From Leptolyngbyaceae cyanobacterium (GTDB lineage: Bacteria > Cyanobacteriota > Cyanobacteriia > Phormidesmidales > Phormidesmidaceae): a DNA stretch of 64,000 bases. This document shows, in pieces, positions 1 to 7,795 of the stretch. The translations under genes and the position numbers were made by a program. The stretch is taken from positions 448,001 to 512,000 of the forward strand of contig CBDHHL010000056.1 in the NCBI GenBank assembly GCA_965263355.1. The letters run 5' to 3'. The notes below the pieces were generated by a model. The model was not told the origin of the DNA. It saw only the letters and a program-made list of their open reading frames with translations, and did not search any database. Every line of letters starts with the position of its first letter. Within the stretch, counting starts at the first letter, position 1.

Positions 1-561
1 CCAGTAGCTGACATTCACTTGGGGTGTCTCCATCGTTGCCGGTAGATAGATACATTCCCCCCGCCATGTTCCTAGAAGATCGTCTAAACTCAAGCGAGTT
101 TGCTCAGTTTTTGCCATCTCAGGGGAACGGTGTTCTGGAACTAGCGTGACATAATCGAGTGTATGTTGACCATCAGCAGTGCCCTTATACAGCTGAATCA
201 AACGCATACGGCGGTTGTTGGCCAACAGAGAAAACTCAGCCCCAAAACTACTCAAAGGTCGACGCTGCATAGTACCTTGGGAGAATGCGCCTGTTGGGAA
301 AAAACAAATATAGGGAACTGCACCGGGATATCCCAGTTCTCGCTCCATCACATGGGTATCTTTGCCCGGAGGAGTACGCTTTAACACCAGAGTCATATGT
401 TGACCAGGGCAATCTTCTTGTAGAGTTAGCACACTTGGCGTCTCACTCATCCGGGTAGCCTCTGGAGAAAACCGAATAAATGAGCCGTACCACTGACCAA
501 TATTTTTGCGAATGTAGGCCCATTGATCAGCAGCCCACAAATGCTTGATTGAGGTCCCCAT
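1..561 (-). CDS. DUF3598-family protein, runs off the left edge (alternative in-frame ATG at 573)
   Basis: My translation, absent from the ORF track: MGTSIKHLWAADQWAYIRKNIGQWYGSFIRFSPE...FFPTGAFSQG...FGAEF...RRMRLIQLY...LLGTWRGE, open to base 1; motifs resemble cyanobacterial DUF3598. Confidence 0.8.
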   Translation of the reverse strand, partial: MGTSIKHLWAADQWAYIRKNIGQWYGSFIRFSPEATRMSETPSVLTLQEDCPGQHMTLVLKRTPPGKDTHVMERELGYPGAVPYICFFPTGAFSQGTMQRRPLSSFGAEFSLLANNRRMRLIQLYKGTADGQHTLDYVTLVPEHRSPEMAKTEQTRLSLDDLLGTWRGECIYLPATMETPQVNVSYW

Positions 562-688
562 AAAGAATGTCATTTTTTCTTAAGTTTTAAGTTGGTATAT
601 CAACCAACATCAACCGCCCTACTTATTGTACGGGGTGCCGTCTACCCTATAAAAGTGTGTTTTTACACCCTAGGGTCCTAAACTTGCA

Positions 689-1621
689 ATGAGAGTTCAC
701 GAGTTTCTGCAGCTATACGAATCGGGGCACCGAAATTTTAAGGGGGTCAACCTCAGTGGTGCTGATTTGTCAAACTGTATTTTAGTCAATGTTGATTTGT
801 CTGGTGCCGATCTTACAGGGGTCAACTTCAGTCGAGCTTTTCTGACCAAAGGGCAATTTGTTGAAGCCCAGCTTCAGCGCGCAAATCTGCAGTTTGCCAA
901 ACTGAGTGAAAGTAACTTTAAGCGTGCTAATCTTACCAAAGCTCAGGGGCGTGGCGCATTTTGGGTTAAATCCGAACTCTCCCACGCCCGCATAAGTGGT
1001 GCCCAATTGGCCCATGTAAACTTTCGCCAAAGCAGTTTGCACTGTACTAACTTCTGCGGTGCAGCCCTACCAGGGGTGAATCTGAGAGAAGCCCAATTGA
1101 GAGGAGCCAATTTGGCTTGGGCCAATCTCAGCTATGCTCGGCTTTATGGTGCTGATATTACTGCGGTTCAGTTTAATGGCGCTTATCTAGAAGGGGCTCG
1201 ACTGAATGGCCTAAACTTTCAAGGGTCTGACCTGAACGGCATTAATTTTTCCCACGCCCATATGAAGGGTGCAAGTTTACAAAAGACTAACCTTACAGCA
1301 GCCAATTTTTCGTTTGCCCAGATGCAGCATGCCAATCTGCAGCAGGCAAAAATGGCGGGAGTAAACTTGTACTACACTCAATTACAACGTGCCAATCTTA
1401 TTGATGCCGATCTCAGTCGTGCCAACATTGACCAGGCAGATTTAACCGATGTCATATTTGCCAACCCAATGATGGCAGCCTCTGGCGCAACGGCTATAAG
1501 TGCTAATCAAGGTCTACTTAACCGAAAACCACTTGCTATTCCCTCATTCCAAACACAACAGACACCAACAATAGCTCCTAACCTAACCATAGGGCTATTG
1601 CCAACCATTATGCTTAGATAA
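689..1621 (+). CDS. Pentapeptide repeat protein
   Basis: A(D/N)Lxx repeats throughout; typical N-terminus EFLQLYESGHRNF. Confidence 0.95.
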   Translation: MRVHEFLQLYESGHRNFKGVNLSGADLSNCILVNVDLSGADLTGVNFSRAFLTKGQFVEAQLQRANLQFAKLSESNFKRANLTKAQGRGAFWVKSELSHARISGAQLAHVNFRQSSLHCTNFCGAALPGVNLREAQLRGANLAWANLSYARLYGADITAVQFNGAYLEGARLNGLNFQGSDLNGINFSHAHMKGASLQKTNLTAANFSFAQMQHANLQQAKMAGVNLYYTQLQRANLIDADLSRANIDQADLTDVIFANPMMAASGATAISANQGLLNRKPLAIPSFQTQQTPTIAPNLTIGLLPTIMLR

Positions 1622-1659
1622 ACTGATCCACCTCTGACGCCTTACTGAATGATTTATTT

Positions 1660-1983
1660 ATGGCTTTTTCATCTCAACTAGGTCTTGTACTGGTTACAAC
1701 TGCCTCCGAGGCTGAAGCCCATACCATTGCGAAGGGGCTCATCGATGCTCGCTTGGCAGCCTGTGTAACCCTCACGCCGATTCAGTCAATCTATCGCTGG
1801 CAAGGGGACATTCAAAGTGATGCTGAATATCAGCTCATGATTAAAACCGACTTAGCTTTGTTTGAGCAAATCGCCACCCAAATCGCACAACAGCACAGCT
1901 ATGATTTACCTGAAATTATTGCTGTGCCTATGGTTAAGAGTACGACAGAGTATGGACAATGGATAAGGGAACAAATTTTGTAG
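1660..1983 (+). CDS. cutA: Divalent-cation tolerance protein CutA
   Basis: LAACV, SIYRWQG, HSYDLPEII motifs. Confidence 0.95.
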   Translation: MAFSSQLGLVLVTTASEAEAHTIAKGLIDARLAACVTLTPIQSIYRWQGDIQSDAEYQLMIKTDLALFEQIATQIAQQHSYDLPEIIAVPMVKSTTEYGQWIREQIL

Positions 1984-2007
1984 TGGCGTTACATGCAACG
2001 CCACTAC
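1980..2007. repeat. GTAG-type REP palindrome between convergent genes
   Basis: GTAGTGGCGTT-ACATGC-AACGCCACTAC. Confidence 0.8.
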
Positions 2008-2616
2008 TCAAAACAGCTTAGCTGTTTGGGCCTGAACATTGTACTCATACCGTGTCTTATAGTCAGTCACTCCATAAAGGTTAAAGGAGATTGTCGGTTC
2101 ATCTCCTAAAGGCTCTACCTGATGAATTGCACCGGAGGTGAAGCCAATAATATCTCCAGGGACTAAGATTTGTTCACCAGCCGATTCTAAGCGATGGGGC
2201 TGTTCTGCAGTTGGTGAACGTCGCCACAGTCGATTTCTTTCTTCACCGCCAATTAGTGCAACAATTCCCCAAGTCCCATGGTTATGAATTGTCGATAATT
2301 GGCCAGGGGCCCAAGCCACCATCTGCAAAGTCAGCGGAAATTCATACTCTCGGTATAAAAATTTCACAGACCACCCAGTTTTTGGTGAGGGTGGATCATA
2401 TTCCATCTGTAGCCAGTAAGAACTAATTAAAAGCTGACGCACAAGAGGCGTAATCTTCTGAATCCGAATGCTATCATCGCTCTCGTCCGCCAGAATATCT
2501 TCTAAATCAGTCAAAAATCGATACAGGCGATAGACTTGCTCTGGAGGGTTTATATCGACGTCTCCAAACGTAGTTTGCCGACTGTCGTCATTAACTAACC
2601 AGTTGTGGTTCGTCAT
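2008..2616 (-). CDS. Cupin / cysteine dioxygenase-like metalloprotein
   Basis: STIHNHGTWG...AIHQVE...ISFNLYG, a 3-His cupin pattern. Confidence 0.8.
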   Translation of the reverse strand: MTNHNWLVNDDSRQTTFGDVDINPPEQVYRLYRFLTDLEDILADESDDSIRIQKITPLVRQLLISSYWLQMEYDPPSPKTGWSVKFLYREYEFPLTLQMVAWAPGQLSTIHNHGTWGIVALIGGEERNRLWRRSPTAEQPHRLESAGEQILVPGDIIGFTSGAIHQVEPLGDEPTISFNLYGVTDYKTRYEYNVQAQTAKLF

Positions 2617-2956
2617 AGGCGGATGGAAAAAGTGGATTTACGGTGCCGACAGCTTCATCTTAGATTTTTAAAGAGACGAAGATACAGCCACAGGTTTACA
2701 TCTTGAACATTGCTCCACTGTAACAATGTTATACGAAAGAAACGTTTAATCTTGTTACAGCCTTATATCAATAGCCTATGCCTAATCATTAGACTTAAGC
2801 TCTAATGGTCTAAACGCAGCCAATGTCTAATAGGCATAAAGTTCAGCCATGGCTATGGCAGAGGAGTGATTGACTTGCTTGGCAAGATATAAATAGTGCC
2901 AATGTTAGGGAATCTTCCATATAACAATTAACTCTTTTCAATGCCCCAAAACGCTT

Positions 2957-3931
2957 TTGCTACGTATGTTTAATTTACGCTCACAACGAAACCTTAGTCG
3001 GCCTTTGGTCTGGATACTGCTTGCGGTTTCCCTGATAACTGGATGTGGCCAAGCCAACTCACAGGTAGACGTGAGCGATGACAGTAATCCAGAGGGGCAA
3101 GATAGTCGCTGCGTTAAGGGGTCTGCATACATTAAACGAGGCAGCTACATTGCTGGCAGTAACCAAGAAGAACGGGATTATGCCTATCGCATTTCAGCTG
3201 AGGCCTTAGCGGATACCCCTGACGAAATTGCAGATGTAGAAACACGATTACGGCAGCAACGATGGTTTGATTTTGAACCTGACCAAGCCAAGCGGCGCAT
3301 GGCTGCATTCTGTATCAACCGCAATTTGGTTACCAATGAAGAGTATCAGGAGTTTGTACTAGCAACTGGCTATCATCAACCTGGAATTACTGCAGAAAAC
3401 TACCAAGAGCAAAATATGCTGGTACATTCCTACCAGGATTTACGGCCCTACTTTTGGCGAAGCTTTCAGTTCCCGCCAGGCAAAGCGAATCATCCAGTAG
3501 TACTCGTGTCTCAGAAAGATGCGTTGGCTTACGCTGCTTGGAAAAGTCAAGAAGACGGCGTGGAGTATCGCTTACCTACAGCAGATGAGTGGGAAAAAGC
3601 CGCCCGTGGTAGTGATGGTCGTTACTTTACCTGGGGGAATGGTTGGCGAGCTCAAGGGACTAACTGGCAAAAGCATGGTCCAGAAGGAACTAGTCGAGTC
3701 GGAGCCTATCCCCTCAGCAAAAGCATTTACGGTGTAGAAGATATGGCTGGAAATGTTTTTGAATTTACGTCCACGGTGTATACCCAAGACAGCCAAGAAC
3801 GCGCGATTATGAAAGGCTGCGCTTGGGATGATCTGCCAGGATTTTGTCGTACGGCCTACCGCCATGGACGACCTACGACCTATCGCCATATTTTATTTGG
3901 CTTTCGTCTAGTGTCCGATGCCCAGCGTTGA
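2957..3931 (+). CDS. Formylglycine-generating-enzyme (SUMF1/EgtB/PvdO) family lipoprotein; start may be ATG 2966
   Basis: Lipobox LITGC; VTNEEY, HPVVLVS, RLPTADEWEKAARG, DMAGNVFE, FGFRLV. Confidence 0.9.
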   Translation: MLRMFNLRSQRNLSRPLVWILLAVSLITGCGQANSQVDVSDDSNPEGQDSRCVKGSAYIKRGSYIAGSNQEERDYAYRISAEALADTPDEIADVETRLRQQRWFDFEPDQAKRRMAAFCINRNLVTNEEYQEFVLATGYHQPGITAENYQEQNMLVHSYQDLRPYFWRSFQFPPGKANHPVVLVSQKDALAYAAWKSQEDGVEYRLPTADEWEKAARGSDGRYFTWGNGWRAQGTNWQKHGPEGTSRVGAYPLSKSIYGVEDMAGNVFEFTSTVYTQDSQERAIMKGCAWDDLPGFCRTAYRHGRPTTYRHILFGFRLVSDAQR

Positions 3932-3965
3932 TTGTAGGGGCGTTCCATGGAACGCCCCTACAATC
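3930..3965. repeat. Perfect 36-bp GTAG-type REP palindrome
   Basis: GATTGTAGGGGCGTTCCATGGAACGCCCCTACAATC. Confidence 0.9.
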
Positions 3966-4119
3966 AACGGATAAGGCGAAAATACTCGACTTTCAGCTAA
4001 TTAGAAGCTTTTTCTCAGGCTTAATTAATATTTACCTTAAAAAATTATTATGGGACTAATGTGTCGATTTGGTTTCGGCTGCATTATCATCTGTTCAATG
4101 CTTTAAGAGGAGCCCTCTA

Positions 4120-4350
4120 ATGAAAGTTAATTATTTAGCAGCTGTTGCAGCTGCTTCTGTGCTAAGTGTTGGTGTCTTAACTGGTTGTGGCGGCGGTGCA
4201 AACCCCTGTGCAGCTGACCCCTGTGCAGGAACTACCGAAGTTGCTCCCTGTGCAGCTCCCTGTGCAGCTGATCCTTGTGCAGCTGACCCCTGTGCAGCCG
4301 ATCCTTGTGCAGCTGACCCCTGTGCAGCTGACCCCTGTGCTGGTAGCTAA
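4120..4350 (+). CDS. Small Cys-rich lipoprotein with PCA(AD) repeats, 76 aa
   Basis: RBS AAGAGGAG before ATG 4120; signal peptide with lipobox LTGC; nine Pro-Cys-Ala units. Confidence 0.85.
   Translation: MKVNYLAAVAAASVLSVGVLTGCGGGANPCAADPCAGTTEVAPCAAPCAADPCAADPCAADPCAADPCAADPCAGS
4204..4341 (+). repeat. Coding tandem repeat, 15-bp unit GCAGCTGAYCCYTGT
   Basis: Five contiguous AADPC units plus degenerate copies. Confidence 0.9.
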
Positions 4351-4393
4351 CCCTTAAGGACGATTCAGAAGTAACTGGATACTGTACAAATTT

Positions 4394-4426
4394 GGCTTCC
4401 TGGAATTATTTTCAGGGAGCCTTTGT
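4394..4426 (+). terminator. Probable intrinsic terminator of the Cys-rich lipoprotein gene
   Basis: GGCTTCCTGGAA-TTAT-TTTCAGGGAGCC followed by TTTGT. Confidence 0.6.
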
Positions 4427-4469
4427 TATGGTGGCCTTGTCTTGGCTATCACTACTGGGAGATTGCCCC

Positions 4470-5342
4470 ATGAAGGTTGCATTTATTGGCCTCGGTACTA
4501 TGGGAACCCCCATGGCGCTGAACTTACTAGCTGCAGGTCAGCATCTCACTGTTCACAATCGCAGTCGCGATCGCGAACTGCCCCTAGCCGAGGCCGGGGC
4601 TCAACGGGCCGACACCCCGGCCTCAGCCGCTACAGAGGCTGACATTACCATCATTTGCGTGAGCGATACCCCCGATGTAGAAGCCGTAGTTTTAGGTCCC
4701 GAGGGGGTGCTCACAGGGGCACAACCCAATAGTCTGGTGATCGACATGTCCACCATTAGCCCCACCGCAACTCGAGCCATTGCTGCTCAGCTAGCCGAAC
4801 GACACATTGCCATGCTCGATGCCCCTGTATCCGGTGGCTCAGAAGGCGCAAAAAATGGCACCCTGTCCATCATGGTGGGTGGCGAAGCCGACCAGTTGAC
4901 TAAGGCCATGCCTGTACTACAAGCCATGGGCAAAACCATTACCCACGTCGGCCCGATTGGGGCCGGACAAACCACTAAAGCCATTAACCAAATCGTGGTA
5001 GCAGGCACCTTTTGGGCTGTTGCTGAAGGGCTGGCCCTCGGCCTCAAAGCAGAACTAGACATGGAAAAAGTTGTCCAGGCCGTTGGCGGTGGTGCAGCTG
5101 GCTCCTGGGCTTTTACTAACCGCTCTAACAATATGCTGGACAATACCTATCCGCTCGGGTTTCGTATGCGGCTGCATCGCAAGGACCTATTAATTGCCCT
5201 GGAAACGGCTAGAGAACTGGGACTGCCCTTGCCCATGGCAGCTTATGTGGAGCAGATTGAAAACGGTCTGATCGCCCAAGGCTTTGGTGATGAGGATATG
5301 TCAGCGATTGCCCGCAGCTTACGGGAAATGGGAGGGATTTGA
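4470..5342 (+). CDS. NAD(P)-dependent beta-hydroxyacid dehydrogenase (2-hydroxy-3-oxopropionate reductase/MmsB family)
   Basis: MKVAFIGLGTMG, DAPVSGG, K-x-x-N-Q motif; true start is probably ATG 4470. Confidence 0.9.
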   Translation: MKVAFIGLGTMGTPMALNLLAAGQHLTVHNRSRDRELPLAEAGAQRADTPASAATEADITIICVSDTPDVEAVVLGPEGVLTGAQPNSLVIDMSTISPTATRAIAAQLAERHIAMLDAPVSGGSEGAKNGTLSIMVGGEADQLTKAMPVLQAMGKTITHVGPIGAGQTTKAINQIVVAGTFWAVAEGLALGLKAELDMEKVVQAVGGGAAGSWAFTNRSNNMLDNTYPLGFRMRLHRKDLLIALETARELGLPLPMAAYVEQIENGLIAQGFGDEDMSAIARSLREMGGI

Positions 5343-5353
5343 GCCCCACTGTC

Positions 5354-6883
5354 CTAAGGCACCCCAATGGTCGTGATGTAGAGTACCGCTTCATCCTCAG
5401 GGATACCCAGCACATCATTCACCTGGTCATCAAAGAAACCAGCAATCCCACTGACCCCCAGGCCTAACCGAGTTGCAGCCAGATTTAACCGCTGGCCCAA
5501 ATGGCCAGCATCCATGTGCAAATAACGATAAGCGCGATCGCAATGGCGCTCAATGGCCAGTTTCAAATTAGCCGTATGAATAATTGCCACACTCGCATCA
5601 CGCCCTAAGTTCTGTTCCAAGCAAAGGTGGTGCAGCTCTCGCCGAAAATGCTTAAACCGGACCTGACGTAGGGTGGATGCGGCTGGATCGTAGTAATAGC
5701 ATCCAGTATCCAGATTATTTACCCCTAGCACCACGATAAACGTTTGAATTAGGCTCAGATCAAAATAATCAGGCTGAGCATCAAACCCCTGATCCCTGTA
5801 ATTTTCAGGACAATAGGTAAAGTCTAGCAACTGTCTTAGCGGGTCCAGGGCAATTGCTGCACCGCGATAGCGACGGGTGGAGCGGCGATACAAGATAGCC
5901 TTAGTCAGGTATTCCATGCCCTCCCCCCAATCAATCGGCACCACCTGAGTACTGGCATTATTACCAAACGGAAACGCATATTGAGCCCCCAACCGCTGGG
6001 GGGGATGATCTAACTGCGCCTGGGTCAAACTTTTATCTGGCTGAGGCGTAATTTTGCTGGCTTGATGTAGCGCCTCTAGTAACTGCTCATCATCCGGTGG
6101 CCCATCATCCAATGAATACGAATCCCTCGGCAAATCACTGGGCAATGCCGTGCAACCTCGAGGTAAATTTTGCTCAACCTGCAGTAGATCGGCCAACGCC
6201 AGGACTGCGATCGCACCCTCCTCCTGTCGCTCCAGATAGAGCAAATCATTCACCGCATCGTCCACAAAACCACCGATCAGATGGGGGCGATAGTCACATA
6301 GCGATGCGGCCAGCTCAAGATTGCCCAATAGGTGCCCCGTATCTAGACAAACCCGGCGATAGGCTCGCGCCTGATAACGCCAAGCAGACCGCTGAAAAAC
6401 AACACTGGCCACAATTGCCAGATGGGTATGCTCTAGCGCCGGGTGCCAAAAACAGGCCTCCTGTAACCGCTGCCAGGGATAATCATCCCAAAACCGCACT
6501 AAACTATGGGTTTTAACCTGATAGTTATACAAACCTGCCGGTAATTGGGAGGTCCCACGGGAAATCAAATAAATCTCTGCCGGATATAAAGCCCCTGCCG
6601 ACGGCGCAGACCGCAAATAGACCGCTTCCCCTGCCGTGGTGGTAAATTTAGCCGTCAGCCCGTAACTATGGAACAAAAATTGCGATAGCCGCTGCCACCA
6701 TTGGTCGCCAGATCGCTCCACTAGCCCCAGATACCCTTGCAAATCAAACCGACTGCCGAGGGGATAATTTTTGTACACCGCAGGCTGCTCAGCCCAGTTC
6801 AAAGTCCCTCGGGGCAAGGCATCAGGAAAATATTTAGTGCGCTGGTGATAGTGCTGAGCGAGAGAATGGGATGCCTCAGTCAT
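5354..6883 (-). CDS. SagB/ThcOx-family FMN dehydrogenase (tandem nitroreductase domains)
   Basis: RSAPSAGALYP, RRSTRRY, DAGHLGQRLNLAA. Confidence 0.9.
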   Translation of the reverse strand: MTEASHSLAQHYHQRTKYFPDALPRGTLNWAEQPAVYKNYPLGSRFDLQGYLGLVERSGDQWWQRLSQFLFHSYGLTAKFTTTAGEAVYLRSAPSAGALYPAEIYLISRGTSQLPAGLYNYQVKTHSLVRFWDDYPWQRLQEACFWHPALEHTHLAIVASVVFQRSAWRYQARAYRRVCLDTGHLLGNLELAASLCDYRPHLIGGFVDDAVNDLLYLERQEEGAIAVLALADLLQVEQNLPRGCTALPSDLPRDSYSLDDGPPDDEQLLEALHQASKITPQPDKSLTQAQLDHPPQRLGAQYAFPFGNNASTQVVPIDWGEGMEYLTKAILYRRSTRRYRGAAIALDPLRQLLDFTYCPENYRDQGFDAQPDYFDLSLIQTFIVVLGVNNLDTGCYYYDPAASTLRQVRFKHFRRELHHLCLEQNLGRDASVAIIHTANLKLAIERHCDRAYRYLHMDAGHLGQRLNLAATRLGLGVSGIAGFFDDQVNDVLGIPEDEAVLYITTIGVP

Positions 6884-7052
6884 GGCAGTGCAGTGCAGCT
6901 ATGTAGTTTATCAATCATGTCTAAGTTGAAATCTGTAGGGTCTTCTACGGCAAAACTCCATCTTCTGGACATGGACAAGGCCTATATTTCTAAGGCCGAG
7001 GATGCCTCCAAAAACCTTAAGTGACGCTTAAGAAAGCTCTTTTTTTACGATA

Positions 7053-7068
7053 TGTATCGTAATTTACA
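7053..7068. promoter_or_regulatory. Putative NtcA box in the divergent promoter region
   Basis: TGTA-TCGTAATT-TACA matches GTA-N8-TAC; no clear -10 box at the canonical distance. Confidence 0.45.
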
Positions 7069-7174
7069 TTCTGTAATATATTATCCCTGGTTGCCAAGGA
7101 CTTCCAGATTAAAGCTTATTTGGCCTGTCACCCCCACCCGGTCGCTTCCAGTTATTTCGATGTAGATAAAGTGT

Positions 7175-7705
7175 ATGACAGTTGATGAATTCTTAGCCGC
7201 CTATCAAGCTGGGAAACGTGACTTTCAAGGCATTGTGTTAGAGTCAGCCAATTTATTTGATTGCGATATACGTAACTCTGACTTTAGCGGTGCCCAGCTA
7301 CAGGACGCTTATTTACCTTATGCCAAACTGCTACGGGCACGGTTAAACCAGGCCATTCTGACTAGAGCCAATATGGGCAATGCTTTTTTACAAGCAGCAA
7401 ATCTATCGGAAGCTAACCTCCAAGAGGCTGTCCTGTCCTATGGCAATCTGCGGGGTGCTATTTTGTGCGATGCAAATTTGTATCAAGCCAATCTTTACAG
7501 GGCCGACTTAACCGGGGCCGATTTAACTGGAGCCGATCTGCGTCAGGTAAACCTGAATCGAGCTAACCTAGCTAATGCTCAGTTAACCAAGGCCGACCTG
7601 CGGGGAGCTAATTTATTTCGCGCACAGCAGGTAGATTTAAGTGATGCAATTTGCGATCGCACCACCATCGGCCCTGAAGGCTATCCTTTAGAAGATATTG
7701 ATTAA
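7175..7705 (+). CDS. Pentapeptide repeat protein
   Basis: ADLTG/ANL repeats; FLAAYQAGKRDF N-terminus. Confidence 0.95.
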   Translation: MTVDEFLAAYQAGKRDFQGIVLESANLFDCDIRNSDFSGAQLQDAYLPYAKLLRARLNQAILTRANMGNAFLQAANLSEANLQEAVLSYGNLRGAILCDANLYQANLYRADLTGADLTGADLRQVNLNRANLANAQLTKADLRGANLFRAQQVDLSDAICDRTTIGPEGYPLEDID

Positions 7706-7795
7706 CTGTAAAGGCTTTCCATGTCTCTACAATTAATCTTCTAACAGGTATGCTATGAGCAGTCTTTAAGACCCACCTGACATTCCTCTGTCCCT

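Noticed and set aside
163..384. Plus-strand 73-aa ORF and the many other short antisense ORFs in the track
   Set aside because: They shadow well-supported genes on the opposite strand or in another frame and show no recognisable motifs
2720..2734. NtcA box upstream of the cupin/FGE genes
   Set aside because: Spacing is GTA-N9-TAC, not N8
4120..6883. Thiazole RiPP cluster (Cys-rich peptide plus SagB-like dehydrogenase)
   Set aside because: No YcaO cyclodehydratase in the window, the peptide has a lipoprotein signal, the genes are convergent, and stand-alone SagB-like genes are common in cyanobacteria
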